Source: an uncultured Gammaproteobacteria bacterium (lineage in GTDB: Bacteria; Patescibacteriota; Patescibacteriia; Magasanikbacterales; GWA2-37-8). From it: 64,000 nt of DNA. The position numbers and the translations under genes were made by a program. This document shows, in pieces, positions 1 through 9,245 of this stretch. The DNA lies in contig CAZQUL010000001.1 in NCBI GenBank assembly GCA_964596525.1, forward strand, positions 332,830 through 396,829, in the 5' to 3' direction. Below the pieces are notes generated by a model. It saw only the letters and a program-made list of their open reading frames with translations. It was not told where the DNA came from and ran no database searches. Position 1 is the stretch's first letter. Every line of letters starts with the position of its first letter.

Positions 1-348
1 CATGAACGGGTAGTTGCGCTATATCACAAGCTCGTGCCTGTCGTTGGGCCCTCAGCTGCGTACGTTACGCTCCATGGCAATCGTGTACGTTGGATTATGG
101 GGATGAATGACCGCGCTCTCATGCACATGCTGGAGCTGCGCACTACCAAGCAAGGCCATCCGCAGTACCGCAAAATCTGCCAGGAGATACATCGTGCGAT
201 CGAAAAGATTGATCCGTGGCGTGCGAGTATCATGAACTTCGTTGATCATAATTCGTACGACAGTGCGCGCGGTGATAGTGAAGCGCGCCAGCGCGTAAAG
301 GAGCGGTTGTGGGAAGAGAAGAATAAAAACAATACAGAGCATAATTAA
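1..348 (+). CDS. thyX: FAD-dependent thymidylate synthase (ThyX-like), C-terminal part; 5' end outside window
   Basis: Frame open from base 1; MNDRALMHMLELRTTKQGHPQYRKICQEI resembles the ThyX C-terminal N.R...H..ELR motif; tmk lies nearby. Confidence 0.65.
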   Translation, partial: HERVVALYHKLVPVVGPSAAYVTLHGNRVRWIMGMNDRALMHMLELRTTKQGHPQYRKICQEIHRAIEKIDPWRASIMNFVDHNSYDSARGDSEARQRVKERLWEEKNKNNTEHN

Positions 349-407
349 AAATCCCGCCTCCGCGCGTTTATAGCGCACAGAGCGGGATGTTGGACGATTT
401 GCCGTCT

Positions 408-905
408 CTAGTCGACGAATGCGCACATGATGGGCAGTCTCGGCTCAAAGTCGAAGCTGATGTGCTGCGAATTCTCCCATATGCGGGCAGCTTCGTTATG
501 GTTGCTGTAGAAACGAAGGGTGCCGACCCACTTTTTGCCACAGGAAAATCGGTATCGGATGTGGGCTTTTTCGGGCGGGGCATCCGGATTGCAGGTTACT
601 TTCCAGTCCGGTTTCGTGCCGCTCGGACAGCTGACGTCCACCTGGAGATTTCCGTTATCAGACGGTTTGATCCGCACATTGTGATTGTGCGGCGCCCGCT
701 GTAGGCGGTATCGGGTACCGTCCTGGCGGTTCGATGTTTGAATCTCTTCGGCGGTTTCTTCTGACGCCTTCAGCTCATCCGGCATAGGAAGCAGATCGTC
801 TTGACCGGGTGGGGTGTCAGGAATGACGACAGTTCCGGTGCGGCCTCCGCAGCCGGCGAGCAGGGCAAAAGAAAGCAGCAATGTCCGTACGTGCGTGGTA
901 TGCAT
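408..905 (-). CDS. Hypothetical lipoprotein
   Basis: Lipobox LLAGC after hydrophobic stretch; SD TAAGGAGG 4 nt before ATG. Confidence 0.75.
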   Translation of the reverse strand: MHTTHVRTLLLSFALLAGCGGRTGTVVIPDTPPGQDDLLPMPDELKASEETAEEIQTSNRQDGTRYRLQRAPHNHNVRIKPSDNGNLQVDVSCPSGTKPDWKVTCNPDAPPEKAHIRYRFSCGKKWVGTLRFYSNHNEAARIWENSQHISFDFEPRLPIMCAFVD

Positions 906-1168
906 GGGGCCTCCTTAGTAAGTCGATGCTCCCATGCTCTACAGGATTTTTTTCTTTTAGTCAATATATCCTGTGTAGTACGGATTTTTCATTACCCGAG
1001 TTAGTTCGACATTGTGCAAAGAAAACTACGTCGGCGCGACGCGGCGTATTCCCGCTACACCTAAATCTTACAGGTGGTGGCATGCCCGCAAAACCATGCC
1101 TGTAAACGAGTTGTATGGTTAAGAGTGTTTAAGTTACAAACCTTCCCGTGAAGGGAAGGTGAGAATGT

Positions 1169-1633
1169 TTACCAGAACGCCGCAACGAGCTCGGCTGTGC
1201 GAATGCTTGTGCCGGGTTCGACGGTAACAAGAATGCGCGGTTTAAACCCTTCGTAGGTAAGAAGATCCATGATAAGCTCGAGCCGGCTGTTCTTTACGGC
1301 TAACCATCGCCCACCTTCGCGGTGGCCATGATCTTCGATCTCACTCATGTCCGGCTGTAGCACTATGCCTTGGCGGGGCAAGCGGGCGCGGGGTCCGCCG
1401 TGCTGCACCCGCTCAAGAATTTCCCGTGCCAGTCTTTTGAGAAAGGTACGGTTTTTTCTGACAAAACGATTGACGATCCGCCTCGCCTCACCGAACTCCG
1501 GATGCTGCCTGAGATCCTCGAACGTAGGATCTGTGCTCTTTAGTTCGAGTTGGCGTAGCTTATCCTCGAATTCATTTCGGATATGAACGAGGTGGTAGGC
1601 GCGTCCGTCGATAGCCTGTTCACGTAGGGGCAT
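1169..1633 (-). CDS. Hypothetical protein
   Basis: ORF with SD AGAGG before ATG at 1633; upstream TTGACC-17-TAGGGT promoter on minus strand. Confidence 0.6.
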   Translation of the reverse strand: MPLREQAIDGRAYHLVHIRNEFEDKLRQLELKSTDPTFEDLRQHPEFGEARRIVNRFVRKNRTFLKRLAREILERVQHGGPRARLPRQGIVLQPDMSEIEDHGHREGGRWLAVKNSRLELIMDLLTYEGFKPRILVTVEPGTSIRTAELVAAFW

Positions 1634-1743
1634 GAGCAACCTCTTTACGGCAGTAGGTGAAAAACCCTCTTGGTGAGAGGAAATTTACCCTAACACTGTC
1701 ATTGCCGATGGTCAAGATATTCTTTTGTTATTCTTTCAAATTC

Positions 1744-1772
1744 TTGACAAAGTTAACAAAAGAAACTATCCT
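1744..1772 (+). promoter_or_regulatory. Sigma70-type promoter for the 1820 gene, back-to-back with a minus-strand promoter
   Basis: TTGACA-17-TATCCT followed by 5' hairpin CGCCGT-ACTA-GCGGCG (1779-1794). Confidence 0.7.
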
Positions 1773-1819
1773 TTCGTTCGCCGTACTAGCGGCGTTCTTT
1801 AATAGACCGAGGAGACATC

Positions 1820-3013
1820 ATGCACACGAAACTGTTGCGCGTAGTGGGTTGCGTTGTTTTTGCTGCCGCGTGCGGAGCCGCGGAAGAAACGAACCAGTCG
1901 TTGCCGCCCGGGCCGGACACGCCTCAAACGTCGCTGATCGTGCTGAACAAGAACCAGCTGCCTGGCACGCAGCTTGCTATGGGTGCGAAGAAGGCGAAGT
2001 TCGTGGTGGCCACACTCAAGGGATCGGCGACCGAGGATTTCGACATTCCGGCTGCTCGTGCCGAAGTCGATATCCAGAATCCATCCGTGTCGCGCATGGC
2101 GCCGCAGGTCATCAAGAACTGCTTTGTCGAGGCACTTGGCGTAGAGTATGGTCCGGCAGTGAATCTCACGCTCGATCAGCAGGGTCAGTACCAGCTCGAC
2201 TGGAAGGAACTCCGGAATATCTCGGGTACCATGCTGTTCGTGCCGCGGGATACTGAAGTGCCGGTATACGCCGTCTGCGATGTGGAGAAGTACTCTGTGA
2301 TCGCGATGAGCGGGTTGCATCAGGCGGCTTCCAACCTGAATGTTGCCGTGCGTTTCAGTGGTTTCGAGTTTGTGCGCCATGGCGCCACGGGCCGCTCGCT
2401 TTCCACGCAGAAGGTGCCCGGGAATATCTTCGAGATCCTGCGCACCACGCTCACGGTGGCGGCCGAGAACAATCCGCCGGAGGGCTTTTCTACCCAGGTT
2501 TCTGGTGCAGCGGTGCGCGCGAGCGCGTTTGTCGTCACATCTCCGGCCTCGGACGATGCGGCGCCGAGCGTCATGAAGATGCCGTTCAACTTCGCGCTGC
2601 TTGGCACCTATACAAACCCGCAGAACGTAACGTCGGTGCCGTATCGGGTACTTTCGCCCACTGCCAGCGGTACGCTCGAGCCGGTGGCGACTGGTGCGGT
2701 GAACTTCACCTGCGCCTCCTCCGTTCCTTTGCTCTCTACGGTGACGGACTGCCGTGGTTCTTTCACGCCGGCCGTGACTCGCGCCGGAGCCAAGCCTGCC
2801 GCGGTTCCCCTGGAATCTTCTGGTCCGGGCACGGAAAAGAAGGCGCTCTTCATCATCGAGTATGATACCCGCGCGCTCACGCCGGCCCTCACCAGCCCCC
2901 AGGAGAAACTCGCTACGGAGCTCCTGGGCGTGGAATGGAGCGATGGCACCCGCGAGGGTCTCAAGTTCGATTCGAGCTCCGCGCCCATCATGGGCCATGC
3001 GGTGACGCAGTAG
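1820..3013 (+). CDS. Hypothetical lipoprotein, 397 aa
   Basis: Signal peptide with FAAAC lipobox; SD GAGGAG; hairpin terminator at about 3030-3065. Confidence 0.8.
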   Translation: MHTKLLRVVGCVVFAAACGAAEETNQSLPPGPDTPQTSLIVLNKNQLPGTQLAMGAKKAKFVVATLKGSATEDFDIPAARAEVDIQNPSVSRMAPQVIKNCFVEALGVEYGPAVNLTLDQQGQYQLDWKELRNISGTMLFVPRDTEVPVYAVCDVEKYSVIAMSGLHQAASNLNVAVRFSGFEFVRHGATGRSLSTQKVPGNIFEILRTTLTVAAENNPPEGFSTQVSGAAVRASAFVVTSPASDDAAPSVMKMPFNFALLGTYTNPQNVTSVPYRVLSPTASGTLEPVATGAVNFTCASSVPLLSTVTDCRGSFTPAVTRAGAKPAAVPLESSGPGTEKKALFIIEYDTRALTPALTSPQEKLATELLGVEWSDGTREGLKFDSSSAPIMGHAVTQ

Positions 3014-3163
3014 CCGCATCACCCCCACCCACAACCTCTCAGAATGAACCTTGAGAGGTTTTTATATTGCCGCGAAAATTGCCCAGAAAATATCTTGACA
3101 TGCCCTTTATGATATTCCACAGTACGTGAGCGTTGTTCTTTTTCGACAATAGGGAGGTGAGCC

Positions 3164-3487
3164 ATGACACGAACGCTAGCGCTCGCACTGACCGGATTTT
3201 CCTTCGTCGCGTGCGCTGCCACGTCGACCCAGCAGCTTTCCACGCCTTCGACCGAGAGCATGGAGGCGGTCCCGCCGCCCCAATATTCAGGTCATAATAT
3301 CACGGAAGGGTCCCTGTGCGATCCGGACGATAGATCGTTCGATCCGTGCGCACCGAAGTTTAAGTGCTACGCGGGTGCGTGCGCCAAGCTCAGAGAGCGC
3401 GACTCGTGTATCTTTAATGAAACAGAGAAAGACCCGTGCCTGCCGAAATCCGTCTGTTTCAAAGGTAAGTGTACGAAGATCAAATAA
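3164..3487 (+). CDS. Small Cys-rich lipoprotein with two C-x9-C-x5-C-x4-C repeats
   Basis: FVAC lipobox; SD GGGAGGTGA; GCCGCGCC/GGTGCGGC-T-tract terminator downstream. Confidence 0.8.
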   Translation: MTRTLALALTGFSFVACAATSTQQLSTPSTESMEAVPPPQYSGHNITEGSLCDPDDRSFDPCAPKFKCYAGACAKLRERDSCIFNETEKDPCLPKSVCFKGKCTKIK

Positions 3488-3723
3488 CCGAACTACTCTG
3501 CCGCGCCACTAAGGTGCGGCTTTTTGATTCAGATATGATTGAAATCTATATGAGTGGCACTAAAATATGATATAACACGTTCGGAACCGGCTGCCCGAAA
3601 AACATAAAGCCGCTCAAGAGAGCGGCTAAAAAGGGTGTGGTTTAACTTGATTTTAGCGGACGAGATCCGTTGGGGCGCGTCGGGTAGTTCAATTCGTTGC
3701 TAAAGTGCGGGCAAGATAGATCT

Positions 3724-4212
3724 TTACCAAAGCTGTATAGTCGCGGGACCGGCTTGGAGCACCAGCACGCCGACACCTTTGGGGTCAACGGTATTGCGGG
3801 TAGTGCTATAGAATCGATACAGGGTCAAAGTTGCCTCTCGGCGATTGCCGCACCAGAAGTGGTAGAAGGCGACCGGATCACCGCACAACCACGTATCTGC
3901 CTGATTGTACGCCAGGATGATCCGTGGATCCTCGCCGCGATTACAACGGAGATAGTATTCGAGATGCTCGTTGTTGGAACTGTGATTCTCTGTAATATGC
4001 GGATAATACAGAGTACCACTCCGCGCATCATACACGCTACGACTTGGGTCCATGCCAAACCACGGAGACGGTATGCAGGTGCTTTCGAGCTTGAGTTCGC
4101 TTTCCTTGACGAAGGGGAGCTGGTCTTGAGCATGTGGTATGCTGCTACAAGCGGTGCTAAGACCAAGCAGAACAATAAAGTTCATCTTCCAAGTCAAAAT
4201 CGGTGTTTTCAC
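3724..4212 (-). CDS. Hypothetical lipoprotein
   Basis: LSTAC lipobox; SD AAGGAG before GTG; TTGACA-16-TAGGGT promoter. Confidence 0.7.
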   Translation of the reverse strand: MKTPILTWKMNFIVLLGLSTACSSIPHAQDQLPFVKESELKLESTCIPSPWFGMDPSRSVYDARSGTLYYPHITENHSSNNEHLEYYLRCNRGEDPRIILAYNQADTWLCGDPVAFYHFWCGNRREATLTLYRFYSTTRNTVDPKGVGVLVLQAGPATIQLW

Positions 4213-4298
4213 GTGTTTCTCCTTGCTTAATACTCCGGAATGTCCGGAAATGAACGTTTTAAGACCCTATCAAACTACTTGCATTTGTCAAGATATAT

Positions 4299-4994
4299 AT
4301 GAACAAAGGCCTTTTTATCATGATCGACGGTATTGACGGTAGTGGCAAAGGACTTCAAACCGAGCTTCTCCAGAAACGCTTGGCCGAAGCCGGAAAACCT
4401 GTCAAGCTGGTGAGTTTCCCGCGCTACGGCGAAAAATCCGCGGCACCGATCGAGGAGTATCTTAATGGTGTGTATGGCACGGCCGAAGAAGTTGGTCCGT
4501 ACCGCGGATCAATATTGTACGCCGTAGATCGGTTTGCTGCGGCCAAAGATATCCGCCGCAGTCTTGATGAAGGAATGATCGTCGTCGCCAACCGCTACGT
4601 CAGTTCCAATATGGGCCACCAGGGCGGTAAAATTATCGATCCCGAGGAACGCAAACGTTTTTTCGCATGGAATTACGATCTTGAATATCGCATTTTCGCC
4701 ATTCCGAAACCTGATTTCCAGCTTATTTTGCACGTGGATGCTGCCGTGGCGCAGGAGCTTGTCGATAAAAAAGCGGCCCGCGAGTACATTAAAGGTGCTA
4801 AACGCGATATCCATGAAGCCGACCTTAATCATTTGCAGCGCGCCGAAGAAACCTACAAAGAGATTGTCCGGCTTTTCCCGGAAGATTTCACGTTTGTTGA
4901 GTGTATGGAAAACCAGCAGATCGCGACGCCCGAAGCGATCCATGAAAAAATTTGGGCGCTGATTGTTCGCGAGCTCGAAAAGAGGTATACTTAA
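4299..4994 (+). CDS. tmk: Thymidylate kinase
   Basis: P-loop DGIDGSGKG; NRYVSSNMGHQG; PKPD motif. Confidence 0.95.
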   Translation: MNKGLFIMIDGIDGSGKGLQTELLQKRLAEAGKPVKLVSFPRYGEKSAAPIEEYLNGVYGTAEEVGPYRGSILYAVDRFAAAKDIRRSLDEGMIVVANRYVSSNMGHQGGKIIDPEERKRFFAWNYDLEYRIFAIPKPDFQLILHVDAAVAQELVDKKAAREYIKGAKRDIHEADLNHLQRAEETYKEIVRLFPEDFTFVECMENQQIATPEAIHEKIWALIVRELEKRYT

Positions 4995-5037
4995 GACGTG
5001 GTGAACCATGGTTCCCACCTCTTTTAATGTGTCATGT

Positions 5038-5823
5038 ATGCTTACTTCGGTCGTCGATATAATGCACCAAGCCTGGCGCGTCTACAGCGCGGCATGGAAA
5101 AAATTCACACTCCTCATGGTGTGGTACGTGGTGATGTATTTTCTCGTTACCTGGGGGCGCGATATTCTTATCGACGGGTTTTTCAGTCAGCGGCCCGGCG
5201 TGGGGTTCGTCATTTTCGTGGTTACCATGATCGCGGCCGGTCTTCTAAGTTTGTGGTCGACCATGGCGAGCATGATCGTCGCTAAGGAGATTTTTTTACG
5301 AGAGAAACCAACGTCTCTTGGCGTGATCTTTAAAGCCGCGCGGCAAAAGGTCTGGGCCGCACTTCTCATTAGCGTCATGCTGGTTATTGCTATAGCTCTG
5401 GGAAGCCTGCTTCTCATCGTGCCGGGTATTATTTTTACTACCTGGTATGCGTTCGCATTCCAGCGGCTTGTATTCCACGACGAGCGCGGGTTCATGGCTC
5501 TTGGCTCGAGTAAAGACTTGGTAGTCAATCGTTTCTTTCCCGTGCTCTGGCGCCTCGTTATGCCGACTCTCGCCTTTGCGCTTATGGCTACAGTTTTGCA
5601 GTATGTCATTTTAGCCCCCGCAATGTGGCCAAATCTGCTCGAACCCTCACTTTCTTTGCGCGGATTGCTGTTTAACCAAATTATCGTTTACATCCTTTAC
5701 GCTATCGTGCTGCCGCTCAGCACCATTTCCATCACTATCTTATACCTCGAGCTCGCAGCGAGCGGCCCTGCTCCTGCCCCGGCGGCGCCTACTCCCGAGA
5801 AATCGGCCGATAAAACTCTCTAA
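5038..5823 (+). CDS. Multi-pass membrane protein of unknown function
   Basis: About 6 hydrophobic segments, LLIVPGIIF...W motif; start could alternatively be 5008. Confidence 0.8.
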   Translation: MLTSVVDIMHQAWRVYSAAWKKFTLLMVWYVVMYFLVTWGRDILIDGFFSQRPGVGFVIFVVTMIAAGLLSLWSTMASMIVAKEIFLREKPTSLGVIFKAARQKVWAALLISVMLVIAIALGSLLLIVPGIIFTTWYAFAFQRLVFHDERGFMALGSSKDLVVNRFFPVLWRLVMPTLAFALMATVLQYVILAPAMWPNLLEPSLSLRGLLFNQIIVYILYAIVLPLSTISITILYLELAASGPAPAPAAPTPEKSADKTL

Positions 5824-5959
5824 ACACGAGCGTCCAAAAGTACCGCCCAACCGGCGGTTTTTTGGTTGTCAGAATCTCAAAAATAGTTTACAGTCTAGAA
5901 GACTTCTGGGTAGCATCTCGAGCCTTTTTAAGAGCACAGCTCATCCGTGATTTTTTTAT

Positions 5960-7504
5960 ATGTATACGCCGATCATCGGTTTGGAAATCCACGTCGAACT
6001 CAAAACCGCGAGCAAGATGTTTTGCGGGTGTCCTAACGACCCGTTTGCTACCGCACCAAACACCAACGTGTGCGAGGTGTGTTTGGCACACCCCGGAACG
6101 CTTCCGGTGCCGAACGCCAAAGCCATTGAATCCACCATCAAAATCGCCAAGGCGCTCGGTTGCACCATCGCCCCTCTCAGCAAATTCGACCGCAAGCATT
6201 ATTTTTATCCCGACTTGCCCAAAGGCTACCAAATTTCGCAGTACGACCAACCGATCGGCGAGCACGGTACCATTCGTCTCGTGCTCTCAAGCGGTAAAAA
6301 CCATCGCAATGAAGCAACGGTCGGCGTAACGCGTGTGCACCTCGAAGAAGACACGGCAAAGCTTGTCCATGGCGCGGACGGTACGACACTCGTCGATTTC
6401 AACCGTTCCGGCGTGCCGCTTGTTGAGATCGTTTCTGATCCAGACATCCAAAGCGCCGAAGAAGCCAAGATGTATTGCCAAGAGCTCCAACTTATCTTGC
6501 GCTACCTTAAGGTAAGCGATGCGGATATGGAGAAGGGTCAGATGCGTTGCGAAGCAAATATTTCGGTGCAAAAGACCGGCACGTTCACCATTGAAAACGG
6601 CATCGTCAAACCCGAACCGGGCGTTCAGCTCAATGCCAAGGTAGAAGTGAAAAACATCAACTCTTTCCGCGCCGTAGAGCGGGCTATTGTACACGAAATT
6701 GAGCGGCAAACCGCGCTTATCGAGCGCGGCGAAACATGGAGTTCGCAGACCCGCGGCTGGGATGACGAGAAAGGTGTCACGGTGCTGCAAAGAAGTAAAG
6801 AAACTGCAGCCGACTACCGCTATTTCCCCGAACCGGATATTCCGCCGTTTGAGCCGCTTACGCTTGTCGGCGGCCAAGTTTCCATACCGGAACTCCCGAG
6901 CGCGCGCCGCGAACGATTTGTGGAAGAGTTTGGTTTCTCGGCCTCTGACGCGTACCTCCTCACTGCTTCGGCCGCATGGGCGGAATTTACCGAGCAGGTC
7001 ATGGGTGAAATTTATGGTTGGCTCGAGGCCGATGTGGATGAAAGCAAAGAGGCAGATAAGGCAGTGGAACTCCGCGCAGTTGCCAAACTCACGGGCGGCT
7101 GGATCACCACCAAACTCATGGGTGCTATGGCCGAGCGCGCGATAGACATCCGCGTTCTAAAAGTTAAGCCCGAGAATTTTGCCGAGCTTATCAACCTGCT
7201 CTATACCAACCGCGTTAACGCCACCAACGCGCTTAAGATCCTTAACGAAATGCTTGATGCTGGCGTGGACCTTGACCCGAGCCACGTGATGGAAGAGAAA
7301 GGGTACGGTCTGGTTGCCGATGAAGGGGCGCTTAAACCGTTGGTCGAGCAGATTATCAATCAATTCCCCAAGCAAGTCGAACAGTTTAAGGCGGGTAAAG
7401 AGCCGATCATGAAATTCCTCATCGGTATGGTGATGAAAGAAACCGAAGGAAGCGCAGATCCGGTGGTGGTGGAAAAAATGCTGCGTACCCTGCTCAAGAC
7501 ATAA
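5960..7504 (+). CDS. gatB: Asp-tRNA(Asn)/Glu-tRNA(Gln) amidotransferase subunit B
   Basis: IGLEIHVEL, FDRKHYFYPDLPKGYQISQ, HLEEDTAK, DYRYFPEPD, C-terminal YqeY-like domain. Confidence 0.98.
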   Translation: MYTPIIGLEIHVELKTASKMFCGCPNDPFATAPNTNVCEVCLAHPGTLPVPNAKAIESTIKIAKALGCTIAPLSKFDRKHYFYPDLPKGYQISQYDQPIGEHGTIRLVLSSGKNHRNEATVGVTRVHLEEDTAKLVHGADGTTLVDFNRSGVPLVEIVSDPDIQSAEEAKMYCQELQLILRYLKVSDADMEKGQMRCEANISVQKTGTFTIENGIVKPEPGVQLNAKVEVKNINSFRAVERAIVHEIERQTALIERGETWSSQTRGWDDEKGVTVLQRSKETAADYRYFPEPDIPPFEPLTLVGGQVSIPELPSARRERFVEEFGFSASDAYLLTASAAWAEFTEQVMGEIYGWLEADVDESKEADKAVELRAVAKLTGGWITTKLMGAMAERAIDIRVLKVKPENFAELINLLYTNRVNATNALKILNEMLDAGVDLDPSHVMEEKGYGLVADEGALKPLVEQIINQFPKQVEQFKAGKEPIMKFLIGMVMKETEGSADPVVVEKMLRTLLKT

Positions 7505-7607
7505 ACAACAGACAAAATAAGAGAGTGCCTGCTTGACGGGCACTCTTTTTTTACTGTATAGTCGTTGGTCCCGCGGTAGATCCCGGGTAGGAAAAAGGAG
7601 AAAACGC

Positions 7608-8384
7608 ATGTTTAAGGCTTACCATCTGGGTTTCAATCAATCCGATATCGCGCTCTATCAACCTAAGATCGCGCTATTGTGCGGCGATCCGGCACGGGCC
7701 AAAAGGATTGCTGAGCGGGGGAGGGAGTTCCATGTGGTGGCGTCCAAGCGCGGGCTAGATACCTATCTAGTGAAGCTCCGGTGTGGAGCGTGGATTCTGG
7801 CTGCAACGAGCGGCATGGGCGGTCCGTCGCTTGCGATCATCGTGAGTGAGTTGGTTAAATTGGGAATTCATACGATCATCCGCGTCGGAACATGCGGATC
7901 ACTCCAGCCGCACATCAAAGGCGGCGATGTCGTCATTTCGCCCGCTGCCGTCAATTACCAAGGCGCGGCACGTGATATCATCCCCGTGGAAGTTCCCTGT
8001 GTCGCCGACTTTAACGTTACAGGTGTGCTGCTTAAAGCGGCTCAGTTGTTTCAGCAGGAAAACATCCACCTTGGTCTTACAGCCTCGACCGATACATTCG
8101 AGGAAGGCCAGGGACGGCAGGATGACACCCTCAATAGGTGTCCGCGTCCCGAGATTTTTAGTCGAATTGAGATGTGCATGAAGCTCGGGGTGCTGTGTTT
8201 TGAAATGGAAGCGGCGACGCTCTTTGCAGCTGGCTTGGCCTACGGATTCCGCGCGGGTTGCGTTTGCGGCGTCGTAGCCGAGCGGCGCAGCAGTGAGTCG
8301 ATTCTTGATCCGAACATCTGCGCCACTGCCGAAGCCAATGCCATCACCGTGGCATTCGAAGGGGCCGAGCAGCTTAGCTCGTAA
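7608..8384 (+). CDS. udp: Uridine/nucleoside phosphorylase (PNP_UDP_1 family)
   Basis: GDPARA, SGMGGPS, RVGTCG, FEMEAATL; SD AAGGAG before ATG 7608. Confidence 0.85.
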   Translation: MFKAYHLGFNQSDIALYQPKIALLCGDPARAKRIAERGREFHVVASKRGLDTYLVKLRCGAWILAATSGMGGPSLAIIVSELVKLGIHTIIRVGTCGSLQPHIKGGDVVISPAAVNYQGAARDIIPVEVPCVADFNVTGVLLKAAQLFQQENIHLGLTASTDTFEEGQGRQDDTLNRCPRPEIFSRIEMCMKLGVLCFEMEAATLFAAGLAYGFRAGCVCGVVAERRSSESILDPNICATAEANAITVAFEGAEQLSS

Positions 8385-8565
8385 ATTCATTTTGAACGGG
8401 AGTCTTACCGACTCCTTTTTTGTAATTTATGTTGTTATTCATTTTTAGGTGTACTATAGCATCTTTCCGTCATATTATTGACAAAATCATATAAAGAGAG
8501 CATAGTAGCTTGTCCTGTCTCGCATTGACCGCACGCGATCCATCCAACATACCGGAGGAAAAAGA

Positions 8566-9114
8566 ATGTTCAGCACGGAAATGTTCTTTACCAACCAGCT
8601 CGACATGCTTCGTCGCCTTGGAAGAGCGGCGGAGCCGACTATCGAACATTTCGTTCGTGGCCGTGCGGCAATCATCGCGGAACTCGAGAAGGTGTGGGCT
8701 GCGTACGATTACGGTCCGCCTGATCTTCTTTCCATCCAGGGGATTCACCTCGGCATGCCGGTAGTGCCCTTTGGCTGGGTTCCGGCCCGCGAACAGATTG
8801 CCCTCACTCGGCTCAACTGCGTTTTGGTTGCCAACGAGGTGGATGAGGTAAACGTAGCGCCGTACTATCTGTATGACGTGCACGAAGCAAGATTAACCGA
8901 TGATGCTCGCTTAGGCCTCACGATGCCGGAGGTGGTGGCACTCGCTGTCCATACCGATGCACTTCTGCGTCAGCGCGCGCTTGCCGCTACGCGCCGATCG
9001 GCAACCTATCTGCCCACGTTGACCGTTGTTGCCGCGCAGGTTGCGACCTGCCGCCTGCCACTTGCTACACCGGATTTTGCTCCCACCTGCGCTGCCCGGA
9101 GCATCGCTCTTTAG
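8566..9114 (+). CDS. Hypothetical protein
   Basis: SD GGAGG; TTGACA-17-CATAGT promoter; hairpin terminator at about 9139-9166. Confidence 0.65.
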   Translation: MFSTEMFFTNQLDMLRRLGRAAEPTIEHFVRGRAAIIAELEKVWAAYDYGPPDLLSIQGIHLGMPVVPFGWVPAREQIALTRLNCVLVANEVDEVNVAPYYLYDVHEARLTDDARLGLTMPEVVALAVHTDALLRQRALAATRRSATYLPTLTVVAAQVATCRLPLATPDFAPTCAARSIAL

Positions 9115-9245
9115 ACGACACACCCACTGCACCGTCTCGACGCCACCTGATTCAGGCGGCGTCTTTCAATTTCAACCAAAAAACACGGGCAGCCGTGTTT
9201 TTTTGGTTTAAGCACTGAGAACATTCTTGACGATACGACGCGTCA

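Noticed and set aside
1000-1165. Possible ncRNA or riboswitch between two minus-strand genes
   Set aside because: Only short stems and a terminator-like hairpin (1141-1159); I recognise no known RNA motif.
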